Origin: Parcubacteria group bacterium
Lineage (GTDB): Bacteria; Patescibacteriota; Patescibacteriia; UBA1558; GWA2-36-10
DNA length: 64,000 nt
Assembly (NCBI GenBank): GCA_003104935.1
Contig: PQAE01000006.1
Location: forward strand, 1,037 to 65,036
Direction of reading: 5' to 3'
This document shows positions 45,774 to 55,678 of the stretch, in pieces. Numbering within the stretch: the first letter of the stretch is position 1; the number at the start of each line of letters is the position of its first letter. A model generated the notes under the pieces. The model had not been told where the DNA came from. It worked only from the letters and a program-made list of their open reading frames with translations, and made no database searches. A program made the translations under genes and the position numbers.

Positions 45774-48700
45774 TTAAAATCCCAGTAGTTCTAACAGCCA
45801 ATTTTTCTTCGGTGCTGGTATGTTTTGACAAAGTCCCGTGGCGCTGATGCACTGCTGTCCGCTGGGACAACCGCAAAGACTACAGTTGTTGGAAAGGTTA
45901 CCGCTGGCATCGCAATATCTTGGTTTGACGCTACTGCAGGAATTAAGATTAGTGCGATCGCCGCATTGATTTACGACTTGATATACTTCCAAACCGTTCA
46001 GACCCCAAGAACAAGTGCCCGATGGCGTACAAATGCCGTCCATAGTAAAACGCAAATTCAGATAGCCGTCACTGACCATCACCGGCATCTGGTCCGAGCT
46101 GATGATGGGATAAGGAGCGGTGCCGGCGGTACTCTGCGCCGCTACCGTGCCAATCAGAACTCCACTCTCCTCTACTTTCATGGGCTGAGCAAAATTATTT
46201 GGATACTCGGTGTCTCCCCGATGCACGACAACCATATAGTTTCCATTGGCGGGAACTTTAATCTTAAAGGTCGGAGAATTTCTAGGATCGGTAGCGGACA
46301 AAGAGCTACCACGATTCATATAATCCTTGGTCATGACATCGCCCAAAGCACGCGTGCGACCACTGACACCATACATACTGGGCAAATCAAAACCATAACC
46401 TTGAACCTCACTATAAATGGAGTTGACGCTGTGTATTAGATTAGTCCAATCCCCACTACTCTGATTAGCGGCATCACTATTCATATTAAAATCAAATTTT
46501 TGTAACCAGCCAATGCCGCCGGGTGTTTGGGCGGTGGTGGTGAAGGAATTGTCAGCGGACCAAGCTATGTTTCCGCCGGCGTCAGCCGAACGGACCCGAT
46601 AATGATAAAAAGATGAGGCCGTCAAACCGCTGATGCTCTGGCTATGATTTAATACTAAAGACGGATCCAAGACAGTATTCTGGCCATAGCTGACGGTCAG
46701 GCCGTATTCTATTTGCGAGTTGGCCGCTTCGTTGGTATCCCAGATAATATCGGCACTATTTGTGGTTAAATTACTGGTCAGAACATTGGATATGACCGGG
46801 GCTATAATATCGATAGGTGCAGTGGCGGTAGTAAAAGTATAATCACCGGAAACAGCTTCATTGTTACTGGCATCTTTGGATCTAACCCGATAATGATAAG
46901 TGGTGTTGGCCTGTAAAGCAGACAAAGTTTGGCTATGGTTCAGTACAAAATTAGTGTCTAAAGTGGTGCTGAAGCCATAGCTGGCAGTCAAGCCGTATTC
47001 TATTATTGACGTGGCTGGTTCGTTGGTAGTCCAGCTGATAACAGCACTCTGCTGGCTGATAGATCCAGCCGAAACACCACTGATCTGCGGCGGGATAATA
47101 TCCCCGGCTCCCGGAGTAATAGTGAACGAAATCAAAGTATCGGCACTATTGATATTTCCAGCTACATCCTTACAACGCACATAATAACTATAAGTACCGG
47201 GGCTAAAACTAGCTACTGAGCGCGAACGGTGAATGTTTTTTCCGGTGATGGGCAAATAGTAAGGCATCAGCGGGTAGCTTTGTCCGGCACTTAAGCTATA
47301 TTTGCAAGTGGCGGCTTCATTGGTACTAAGGCCAAAACGCGTACTCGTGCCCGCCACTACCGAAGCCGCAGGAACAATACTGGAGATCTGCGGCGGCGTA
47401 GTATCAATTACAGCGGCGCCAGCATTGATGCTATATCGGATCAAAAAATTATTATCACCCGATGGGACTGTTACATTTGCCGTTTGATTACTGCCTCCCG
47501 GCAAAGGAGCGGGTTCGCCGCTCAGATCGTTGGCTGCCCAATAGACTTGATTACTGCTGGGCGGATATAAGTACAAATCATTATTATCTACTCTTTGCTC
47601 ATCAAAATATAAATTTTCTACCAAAGGTTTAGCGGCCGACTTTATCATATAGGACTCTGTGTTGGCCGGGGCGGTCCACTGCAATTGCCAGTTATTGCCT
47701 CCCAGACTCTGCTTCTGCGGAGTGATAAAACCGCCGCCTAATTTATTACGGTTAAGCCAAGTCCAGATAAAATCCTGTGCCGCGATGTCCGATCCTCTCT
47801 CATAGGGTTCATACTGCATCATCCGGCAAAACATACCCTGGCCAACTTCCAGAAAAATGGCGTTACCGGTTTGTTGATATGCCCAGCCATAGGCGGCCGG
47901 CAGATAGTCGGCGCGTTTAAATTCTTCCGTAACCGACGGAGAACTGGAGGTCACGGGATTGGGATATTGATAGGAGATACGGTAGGGAGTGCGCCAACCG
48001 TCAAAAGAGCCATTGCCGGGCACGCGACTATACTTAGTGATTTCCGTAGGCTCAAACTCGGTTTGCCCCAGGAGAAAATCAGACAATTCTTCTACGCGTC
48101 CCGGATCGGCGGCATCAGTACCGAGATCGCGCAAGACTCGGGCAGCCTCCCAAGTGCCAAAAGGCACAAAATATTGATGATAAAAACTATTGCCGCGGCC
48201 ATAAGGACAATCCATATGGCTCTGGGAATACAAAAATCCCCTGTCCATATTGCGGCCGTCATACTTAGTACCGTTACTACAGCCTCCGCCGTCGCGGCTA
48301 CTTATCAGTTGATCGGTCATAAACCTCAAATACTGCCATTCCCTGGGCAGGTTCAAATATTCGGCAAATAAGGCATGGTCACGATAAGAGTTAGGCCAGC
48401 CGCGCAGACCTCCAGATCCAAAACCATAAGTAGAAATTATTCTGTTGCGGGCGCCATATTCCCCATTTTCTCTAAGCGCTATATAATCTGCTATCTCCCG
48501 CGTGTCATTATAAAACTCATTTTCGCCGGTCAATAACCAGGCGACTAAGATTGACTGCCAGTGCGAATGATTACGATTAGATTCTAAGGTGTTGCCGCTG
48601 ATTCCCCCGCCGTTATACCCGCCAACATAATCACCCCAATTCCAAGCATTGGGATTGGAGTTTGGCCAAGTAGCGAGAAGATCGCAATCGTCACAACGCA

Positions 48701-50420
48701 CGGCCGCTTGGTCGGCTTTAAAACGGCTATCATGATAAGCCCGTAAAAACAAACCGCCCTTGCCGGTACGTAAATAATCGAGAAAATATGAAACAGATTT
48801 ATCCAATTGATTATTACCACCAGTCTTGCCCCAACTTCTGGCTCGCCAGACCACGTCCTTGTTTTCATTCGCTAGCAAGGAATCACGCAAAGGCCGACAG
48901 GTTACGGACTGGCCAAAAGCACTGTCGGTAGCGCTGATAAATTGACTAAACTCGGTTTCATCCACCAAATGCTTTGCCCCTAAGATTGAACCGGCTTCGT
49001 AATAATGATAATCTGTCGCCCGGCCAAATAAGGGATTGGCTAAAGCCAAAAAAGCACTGTTGTCCGAGGCTACCGGAACAGTATTATGAAAATCAATCAT
49101 TATTTGCCGGCTATCCCTGGCGCCCCAGGTAAAATAAATCGGCTGATAACTATTGTGCGGGGAAAATATCTGCAAATCCAGGTTGCCGTCTGGGCTAAAC
49201 TCAAAACCCCCTCCCCAAAACTCCGAAAGATGATTTTGGGCAATAGTGATAGCTCTGTTTTGACCAGTACTTTCGGACAAACGGGCCCAACCGAGAGACC
49301 ACTCTAAATCGCTCCCTAAACTATGAGAAACACTGGGGCCATTTTTTATTTCCATACCGGTCTGAGTCCCGACTGTAGGAGCGATAACATCCCCATAATC
49401 ACCGTCTATTTTATTTTTACTATAGGCCTGAAACAAATAAGCCGTGCCGGTACTGAGCGCTCCGCTAAAATTGCCGACATTGGTGGGAAATAAAAATTGC
49501 GGCGCGCCAGTCAGATTGGTCGGCAGACGCAGACCAAGGCTACGAAAGGCCTTTTTGCTAAGATCGGAACTGTTGGCATTGCGTAGCGCCAGGTCCATCT
49601 TAATTTGAGCGGAATTGCGGAAAAAATGCAGACGCAGAGTATAATACAAATTATGATTTAATCTATCAACAGAGGTCAGAGTACCTATGGCTTTGACTAT
49701 GGTATGCGCCGGACCGTCTTGTTCTACAGTCACCTGCGGAGCCGGATCGTAAATAGAAGAAAAAGTAGTACCATTATTGTCCAGGAGCCACAAACCGCCG
49801 CTATGCCCGGCGGTGATAAAAGACTGACCGTTGACTATGGCGCTGTCTATAACATTGAAATTGCTTTTTTTGATATCAAACTGAGCCACGCCGGTATTGA
49901 CAGCTATTTTACCGGCCGAAACCATAGCCATAGTATTGTTGGCCGGATTACCGTCATTATCAAAATTGCCACTTCCGTTGGTTAAGGCTATGTTTGTGAA
50001 GCTACCAGCCGCTACTGTAGCCTCAGTATCAACCGTTACCCATTGTAGATTTCCAGACTTGGGCCAACGGCGAGTTTCCTTAAACTGGCCTACGGTCACC
50101 CCGCTTAACCCCAGCTGACTGACATTAGTCACGGCATATTCATCTTTTAAGGGAATGCCAAAGGTAACAATCTGATTATTCCTATTAGTCCCAGTTACGC
50201 CCGAGGGCAATAGCTCTTCGACCGTAACCGGAACACTAAAAGACTGCACGGCGACCTTCTGCGGAATGGACAATAGCTTTAAAGTCTTATAGTTATTAAC
50301 TACTAATCCAGCTAAAATCAGGGCGGAAGAAACAAAAAGTAAGGCCAAAAAAATCCTTACTCTGATAGACAAAATAGTTTTAGTTGCGGAAGAATTCCTG
50401 GCCTTACGTTTCATAGACAA
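45774..50420 (-). CDS. Giant membrane-anchored protein: RG-lyase/YetA-like core, FN3 repeats, carbohydrate-binding-like domain, Cys-rich tail
   Basis: 1548 aa; N-terminal TM, VTFGIPL, YFLDYLRTG, two D..PP.IS..W.TNE..S.IEYG..YG..HS FN3 units, KFDF...GYGF domain. Confidence 0.7.
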   Translation of the reverse strand: MSMKRKARNSSATKTILSIRVRIFLALLFVSSALILAGLVVNNYKTLKLLSIPQKVAVQSFSVPVTVEELLPSGVTGTNRNNQIVTFGIPLKDEYAVTNVSQLGLSGVTVGQFKETRRWPKSGNLQWVTVDTEATVAAGSFTNIALTNGSGNFDNDGNPANNTMAMVSAGKIAVNTGVAQFDIKKSNFNVIDSAIVNGQSFITAGHSGGLWLLDNNGTTFSSIYDPAPQVTVEQDGPAHTIVKAIGTLTSVDRLNHNLYYTLRLHFFRNSAQIKMDLALRNANSSDLSKKAFRSLGLRLPTNLTGAPQFLFPTNVGNFSGALSTGTAYLFQAYSKNKIDGDYGDVIAPTVGTQTGMEIKNGPSVSHSLGSDLEWSLGWARLSESTGQNRAITIAQNHLSEFWGGGFEFSPDGNLDLQIFSPHNSYQPIYFTWGARDSRQIMIDFHNTVPVASDNSAFLALANPLFGRATDYHYYEAGSILGAKHLVDETEFSQFISATDSAFGQSVTCRPLRDSLLANENKDVVWRARSWGKTGGNNQLDKSVSYFLDYLRTGKGGLFLRAYHDSRFKADQAAVRCDDCDLLATWPNSNPNAWNWGDYVGGYNGGGISGNTLESNRNHSHWQSILVAWLLTGENEFYNDTREIADYIALRENGEYGARNRIISTYGFGSGGLRGWPNSYRDHALFAEYLNLPREWQYLRFMTDQLISSRDGGGCSNGTKYDGRNMDRGFLYSQSHMDCPYGRGNSFYHQYFVPFGTWEAARVLRDLGTDAADPGRVEELSDFLLGQTEFEPTEITKYSRVPGNGSFDGWRTPYRISYQYPNPVTSSSPSVTEEFKRADYLPAAYGWAYQQTGNAIFLEVGQGMFCRMMQYEPYERGSDIAAQDFIWTWLNRNKLGGGFITPQKQSLGGNNWQLQWTAPANTESYMIKSAAKPLVENLYFDEQRVDNNDLYLYPPSSNQVYWAANDLSGEPAPLPGGSNQTANVTVPSGDNNFLIRYSINAGAAVIDTTPPQISSIVPAASVVAGTSTRFGLSTNEAATCKYSLSAGQSYPLMPYYLPITGKNIHRSRSVASFSPGTYSYYVRCKDVAGNINSADTLISFTITPGAGDIIPPQISGVSAGSISQQSAVISWTTNEPATSIIEYGLTASYGFSTTLDTNFVLNHSQTLSALQANTTYHYRVRSKDASNNEAVSGDYTFTTATAPIDIIAPVISNVLTSNLTTNSADIIWDTNEAANSQIEYGLTVSYGQNTVLDPSLVLNHSQSISGLTASSFYHYRVRSADAGGNIAWSADNSFTTTAQTPGGIGWLQKFDFNMNSDAANQSSGDWTNLIHSVNSIYSEVQGYGFDLPSMYGVSGRTRALGDVMTKDYMNRGSSLSATDPRNSPTFKIKVPANGNYMVVVHRGDTEYPNNFAQPMKVEESGVLIGTVAAQSTAGTAPYPIISSDQMPVMVSDGYLNLRFTMDGICTPSGTCSWGLNGLEVYQVVNQCGDRTNLNSCSSVKPRYCDASGNLSNNCSLCGCPSGQQCISATGLCQNIPAPKKNWLLELLGF

Positions 50421-50491
50421 AAATAAAAAAGTTTAGTAAGCAAAAATTGAGAAAACAATTTTCCCCTCCTATAATTTTGTTGTGCCCGGAA

Positions 50492-50875
50492 CTATTTTTT
50501 CTTCATCCGGAAAAATGCCCCAACCTGATAAAGCATAGCGATGTAGGCCAATACAATACCGATGTAATAAAATAGCCGATTAAACACACCGCCGAGAGCG
50601 GCGCTATGAGCCATAAACATCAAGAGTAGCACCAAAGAGGGAATAGCAATGCCGATGATCAGGGAAAGCGTAGCGACAAAAGCCGAGAGCTCGCTGTATT
50701 TGTTTGGTTTGCGGACGCCAAAACCAAAAGGGATATACAGAAAGGCGGTAGCTAGTAGCGGCGCCAAACCGTAATAAGCGCTCTTGTTATCCAGAAAACC
50801 ATAACTGCCAAACATGTAGGGGACAAATACTAAAAGGATTAGTATTGTCAAAACATTGTATTTACTAATAACCAT
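50492..50875 (-). CDS. Hypothetical 4-TM membrane protein
   Basis: 127-aa hydrophobic ORF. Confidence 0.7.
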   Translation of the reverse strand: MVISKYNVLTILILLVFVPYMFGSYGFLDNKSAYYGLAPLLATAFLYIPFGFGVRKPNKYSELSAFVATLSLIIGIAIPSLVLLLMFMAHSAALGGVFNRLFYYIGIVLAYIAMLYQVGAFFRMKKK

Positions 50876-51007
50876 GTTTTGTTTTTTATTTTATTAATTT
50901 AAAAAATATTAAAAATTTCCAGTGGATTTTTCAGACTCTATTATACCATAAAAATGAATTTTAGGAAAACGAAAGCCCCCCACTTTCCGGATGGAAAATG
51001 AGAGGCT

Positions 51008-51355
51008 TTAGATTGGCCGCAGGCAGATACGGTACTGCAGACTGTCGGCGATCTGGTAGATGACGCTCACGAAGTGAGCCGCATAGCAACAGGAAAACCT
51101 TATTTTCCTAGTCGCAAAATAATCTTCCACCAGACTCAGGGCCTGCCAATCGCCGCAACACTGTGCGCACAGGACGCACTCCGGCGTCTGGCCATATATG
51201 GCGATGGAACCAACCGGATTTTGACCAAGTTCGGCTATGACCAGAGAGATCATCTGTTCGGCCAACTGCTGGCTAGCGGCGCTAAGTGTCGGTTCGCTGA
51301 TTACCACATGGATCGCCCCTAATTTCAAGAACACCGTTCTCCTAAAGTTTGACAC
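51008..51355 (-). CDS. Hypothetical Cys-rich protein (orphan cassette)
   Basis: GGGGA upstream, terminator-like hairpin 50972-51008. Confidence 0.5.
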   Translation of the reverse strand: MSNFRRTVFLKLGAIHVVISEPTLSAASQQLAEQMISLVIAELGQNPVGSIAIYGQTPECVLCAQCCGDWQALSLVEDYFATRKIRFSCCYAAHFVSVIYQIADSLQYRICLRPI

Positions 51356-51428
51356 TCCCCTGTTGCTTTGTCAAAAAAATCGCCCAGGCGAGCGATTGAT
51401 TAATGTTTTATGCAAAAAGGAAGCCGGG

Positions 51429-52037
51429 TTATTCCTTATAATGTTTGATATTAAAATCGTCGTAGGTATTTTGCCGGAGATCCTTGCTAATATTATCCAC
51501 CACGACAACTTTGTTGCCCGCCCAAATATCATAAATAAACTTATCGGTGATCTCTAAGCGGTAGAGATAATCACTGCGGGACATAAAAGTATAACGCAAT
51601 TCATCGGGTATTCCCTCGGCAATCTTTTTCAGATAGCGGTCAAATTGGCTCTTGGATACTTTACCCACGATCAGCACGTCGGTTGGTGCCTGGGTCTTGG
51701 TCAAGACGCCGGTAAAAATCAACAAATTCAGGCCGGGAATCCTGGACATATGGTGGGCGATTTTCATCTCCTCCAAGGCCAAGGCCTTAAAGACTAGATT
51801 TTTTATTTCCGGCAATAAATCAAATTTTTGGTTGCATAAATAATATTTTTTGCCGCCGTGATTTTCTGATTTGACAAAACCAAACTTTTCCAGATTGGCC
51901 AGCTCACGCCTGGCGGAGTTCAACTGCAAGCCTAATTTGCGGGTCAACTCCCGGACAAAGTATTTTTCCTGGCCGTGAATACAAAAAAACTTGAGAATTT
52001 TTGTTCTGGCCTTTGAACTAAAAATTTGTTCAAGCAT
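51429..52037 (-). CDS. Winged-helix transcriptional regulator with an NTase-like C-terminal region
   Basis: LEQIFSSKAR.KIL, YFVRELTR..LNSARRELANLE..G, TDVLIVG. Confidence 0.75.
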   Translation of the reverse strand: MLEQIFSSKARTKILKFFCIHGQEKYFVRELTRKLGLQLNSARRELANLEKFGFVKSENHGGKKYYLCNQKFDLLPEIKNLVFKALALEEMKIAHHMSRIPGLNLLIFTGVLTKTQAPTDVLIVGKVSKSQFDRYLKKIAEGIPDELRYTFMSRSDYLYRLEITDKFIYDIWAGNKVVVVDNISKDLRQNTYDDFNIKHYKE

Positions 52038-52099
52038 AGAAGACGTTTATTTACTTGAGAAGCTAAATATAGTATAATATTATTTGATATAAATGTAAA

Positions 52100-54241
52100 A
52101 TGGCGGTTTTACAAAACCAGAAAATCTTCACTTACGACCCCGTCCATGCCCGAGAAATATCCGAGAATTATTTGAGCGAATACACGGAACGCGGGCAGCT
52201 TTTTATCGTCCTAGAAACTCCCCAACATAATAAAATAAACCAACAGCCGCTGATTGACGAATTTATCCAAAAAACGGCTAATTATTTTGATATTCTCAAA
52301 GAGGAAAATCCGGAAAAACTCCTGGAACAAATACTCCAAAAAATAAACCAATTTCTGCCGCTGATGGCGGCGGAGAGCAAAATCCGCAACTGGCTCTCCG
52401 GTCTGGCCATTTCCGTGGGCATAATCCACGAAGATTGGATCTATCTGTCCTGCCTGGGCAATATCAATGCCATCAATTTCCACCACAACCAGATTGTGAC
52501 TCTGACGCAAAAAGGCCAACCAATCAGTCCGACTAAAATATTTGCCGATCTTTCCAGCGGACAAATGAGCGAAGGCGACGCCCTGATCGTCGCCACCGAT
52601 TCCCTGTTCGACTATATCTCACTGGAAAAAATCCGACAGATTATCAAGCAATATACGGCTGAAGCCGCGGTACGCAAAATCAACAGCCTGCTGGAAGGAG
52701 TGCCCGATTTCGTTACTTTTAATGCTTTACTCATAAAAAAACCCGGCCTCGCCGATATGGAACTGGCAGTAGCTAAAACCAACAACGAGGACGAAGCCGA
52801 GTCAGACACGGAGTTGCCCAGCCAGGGCACTATCTTTGCGCCCGATAATACCCCCAAAAACTTTCGCGCCCGCACGCCGCAGCTTAAATCCAAGCTGGTC
52901 GTGGATCCGCGCGGTTTTAATAATTTCAGTTTTTTTAGAAAAGTGGGGCGGATTTTAGCAGCCATCGGTTTATTTTTTAAATTAGTTTACGTTTCGGTGG
53001 CGGCCCTAGTCCGGGCCGTAAAAAAGGCGGCGTTATTTATCTTTTCCAAAAATTACCGTCGCCGGCAGGAAAACCGCAGCTTAGAAAATATCAGTCGCTT
53101 GGGAGAGCAGAAGATAAATTGGTGGCAACAGCTCAGCCTGCTAAAAAAAATATCTTTGCTGACACTTTTGGTAATCGCTCTGATTTTTTTGCAAAGTTTA
53201 GTTTTTTCTACTCAGAACAAAGCTGAGCAAAACAAAGATCAATCCTATGACCAGCTGATAGTCGATGTTAATCGTCTGATGGGTGAAGAAAAAAACGCCC
53301 AGGAAATACTGAAGGATGAAATCGCGGCCGAAAAAATATTGGTTGAAATCCAGGATAAGCTCAATCGGGCTACTCCCCGGTCAGCCCAACAGCAACAGGA
53401 AATCAGCGCCTACCAGGAAAAAATATCGCACGAATTAAACCAAGTCCGCCATATCCACGAAGTGCCCGCCGTGGCTCTGTCAGAAATAGCCGATTTAAGC
53501 ACTAAATTAGTATCCGCCGAGCAAATCGTCCAAAAAAACGGTGTTTTTTATATCCTAGATTTAAATCTGCTCTACCAGTGGAGCCCACCAAATAATTTTG
53601 AACAGATCGCGACTTTTGAAAATAGCCGTCTGCTTAGTGACTGGCCAAATAAAAATAAACTGCTGGTCGGCAATGATAAACAATTCTACATTTTTGACCT
53701 GGACAGCCACCAGCTCAACCAAAATCCGATCAACAAAGTCGCGGCGAATAATGATATCAAAGACATCTCCGTCTACGGCGACAATCTCTATGTCCTAGAT
53801 ACGCAGGCCGGACAAATTTTCAAATACCCCCAGAGCGGCGATAGCTTTGGTAGCGGCCAGGCCTGGCTGAAAACAAAACAAGACCTGAGTCAAGCCAGCA
53901 GTATTGCCATAGACGGTAATCTCTATATCGTGGACAATCAGGGAAATATCAAGAAATACCTCAAAGGTGATCTGCAGGAATTTGACTACCACCAACCCCG
54001 ACCAATAATCGGACCCGGAGCGATCATCAAGACGTTCAGGGATTCACAGTATCTCTATATTGTTGATCCTTACAATAAGAGGGTAATTATACTGGATAAA
54101 AACGGCCAGATCAAAGAACAATGGACTTCGGCCAGCTTTGATAAATTAACCGACCTGGCTGTAGATCTGGGTGAAAAAGTAATCTACCTCCTCAACGGCA
54201 ATCACCTCTATCTCCTACCCGTCAACCAAACGACTAACTAG
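52100..54241 (+). CDS. Membrane protein: PP2C-like N-terminal domain, TM, beta-propeller
   Basis: GDALIVATDSLFDYIS (PP2C-fold-like); TM near aa 350; repeats NLYVLD, SIAIDGNLYIVD, YLYIVD, DLAVD. Confidence 0.7.
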   Translation: MAVLQNQKIFTYDPVHAREISENYLSEYTERGQLFIVLETPQHNKINQQPLIDEFIQKTANYFDILKEENPEKLLEQILQKINQFLPLMAAESKIRNWLSGLAISVGIIHEDWIYLSCLGNINAINFHHNQIVTLTQKGQPISPTKIFADLSSGQMSEGDALIVATDSLFDYISLEKIRQIIKQYTAEAAVRKINSLLEGVPDFVTFNALLIKKPGLADMELAVAKTNNEDEAESDTELPSQGTIFAPDNTPKNFRARTPQLKSKLVVDPRGFNNFSFFRKVGRILAAIGLFFKLVYVSVAALVRAVKKAALFIFSKNYRRRQENRSLENISRLGEQKINWWQQLSLLKKISLLTLLVIALIFLQSLVFSTQNKAEQNKDQSYDQLIVDVNRLMGEEKNAQEILKDEIAAEKILVEIQDKLNRATPRSAQQQQEISAYQEKISHELNQVRHIHEVPAVALSEIADLSTKLVSAEQIVQKNGVFYILDLNLLYQWSPPNNFEQIATFENSRLLSDWPNKNKLLVGNDKQFYIFDLDSHQLNQNPINKVAANNDIKDISVYGDNLYVLDTQAGQIFKYPQSGDSFGSGQAWLKTKQDLSQASSIAIDGNLYIVDNQGNIKKYLKGDLQEFDYHQPRPIIGPGAIIKTFRDSQYLYIVDPYNKRVIILDKNGQIKEQWTSASFDKLTDLAVDLGEKVIYLLNGNHLYLLPVNQTTN

Positions 54242-54322
54242 ATTTTGCTAAAAAAAATACCCCCTCGGTCGCTTTTGCGACACCTTCCCTAGTTTTATGG
54301 AAGAAAGAGAGGGTGTATTTTT

Positions 54323-54730
54323 TTATTTCAAAGTGACAGTAGCGCCGGCCTCGGTCAATTTCTTTTTGATAGTTTCGGCTTCATCTTTAGTAGCTCCTTC
54401 TTTGACCATCACCGGGGCACCATCGGCCATATCCTTAGCTTCCTTCAGACCCAGTTGGGTAACTTCGCGGATGGCTTTGATCACATTGATCTTGGTAGCA
54501 CCGGCAGTAGTCAACTCCACATTGAAGCTGGTTTTTTCCTCGGCGGCTTCAGTCGGAGCACCGGCCGCGGGCGCCATAGCCATGGCCATCGGGGCGGCGG
54601 CGCTGACGCCAAACTTGTCTTCCAATAGGGAGACGAGCTCGGAAAGATCTAGCACAGACATCTGCTCTATCTCTTCCACGATTTTCTTGAATTTGGCGGG
54701 CACTTCTACATTCTTTTTCTCTTCAGACAT
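54323..54730 (-). CDS. rplL: 50S ribosomal protein L7/L12
   Basis: [33 protein letters not shown]. Confidence 0.97.
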   Translation of the reverse strand: MSEEKKNVEVPAKFKKIVEEIEQMSVLDLSELVSLLEDKFGVSAAAPMAMAMAPAAGAPTEAAEEKTSFNVELTTAGATKINVIKAIREVTQLGLKEAKDMADGAPVMVKEGATKDEAETIKKKLTEAGATVTLK

Positions 54731-54775
54731 AATATTTATTTATTAATTATTGATTAATTAAATTTTATTGATTAA

Positions 54776-54809
54776 TTTCGCCCAAAGGGCGATTTGCCTT
54801 TGGCGGAAA
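54776..54809. repeat. Double-hairpin palindrome between rplJ and rplL
   Basis: TTTCGCCCAAAGGGCGATTTGCCTTTGGCGGAAA. Confidence 0.65.
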
Positions 54810-55331
54810 TTAACTCTTTTTCTCTTTGATGGCGCTCAGGGCATAAACCAGTTTACGGGTATTGCCACTCAGTACTTGAACCAAACCACTGATCGGAGCA
54901 TTGATAGTGCCGACCAATTTAGCCAGTAATTGCTCGCGGCTGGGCAGTGTGGCTAAGCGTTTGACCATGTCGGCCAAGACAAACTTGTTTTCCAAAATAC
55001 CGCTACCGAGTTCCAGAGCTTCATTTTCCTTGGCATACTTATTGATTATCTTGGGCCCGGTTACCTCGTCTCCATAAGACAAAGTTACGCCGACAGAACC
55101 ACGTAAGTTGTCCAAAGCCTCGGCTTCACCTAGTTCTTTGGTAGCCAACTGTAAAATGGTTTTTTTGGCGACCAAATACTCTGCTCCACCCTGCTTTAAC
55201 TCACGACGCATTTTTTCTACGGTTTTGACGTTTAACCCCTTGTCGGAACTAAAAACCACGGCCTTACTTTTGGCTATTTTTTCCTTGATATCCTCTAAAA
55301 CCTTCTTTTTTTGGGCTTTACTTTTTGGCAT
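54810..55331 (-). CDS. rplJ: 50S ribosomal protein L10
   Basis: MRRELK, VAKKT, LATLPSREQLLAKL; upstream of rplL. Confidence 0.96.
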   Translation of the reverse strand: MPKSKAQKKKVLEDIKEKIAKSKAVVFSSDKGLNVKTVEKMRRELKQGGAEYLVAKKTILQLATKELGEAEALDNLRGSVGVTLSYGDEVTGPKIINKYAKENEALELGSGILENKFVLADMVKRLATLPSREQLLAKLVGTINAPISGLVQVLSGNTRKLVYALSAIKEKKS

Positions 55332-55344
55332 ATATTTAATAAAA

Positions 55345-55440
55345 AACTGCGACTTTCACCGCAGACAGAGCCAAAATATGGCTATTTTCCTCGGTAGGAT
55401 TTATCCCTCGACTTCGCTCGGGACCTACTGTCTACGGCTA
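55345..55440 (-). promoter_or_regulatory. L10 ribosomal protein leader
   Basis: Minus strand CCGTAGACAGTAGG...CCTACCGAGG...GTCTGCGG; promoter TTGACA-17-TAGTAT at 55459-55487. Confidence 0.8.
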
Positions 55441-55501
55441 TATTTAAATTATGGCTATATACTAGCGGAAATGTGGAATGCTGTCAAGTGTTTAGGCAAA
55501 T

Positions 55502-55635
55502 GAAAGAGCCGGAACCACAGATGATCTCGGCTCAAAGAGTGGACGCCGGGCGAACTCCCTCTATATGAGAGGGGAAACTCTCCAACTCTCGGAGATGGAG
55601 GTAACTACCACGGCGTCCATAAGAGTACTGTTAAT
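55502..55635 (-). ncRNA. Candidate three-way-junction small RNA
   Basis: TTGGCA-17-TAATTT promoter; 9-bp stem TGGACGCCG/CGGCGTCCA enclosing two hairpins; terminator-like hairpin 55506-55533. Confidence 0.4.
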
Positions 55636-55678
55636 AAACGTAAATTACCACAAAAAATCTAATGTGCCAACAGTTATA

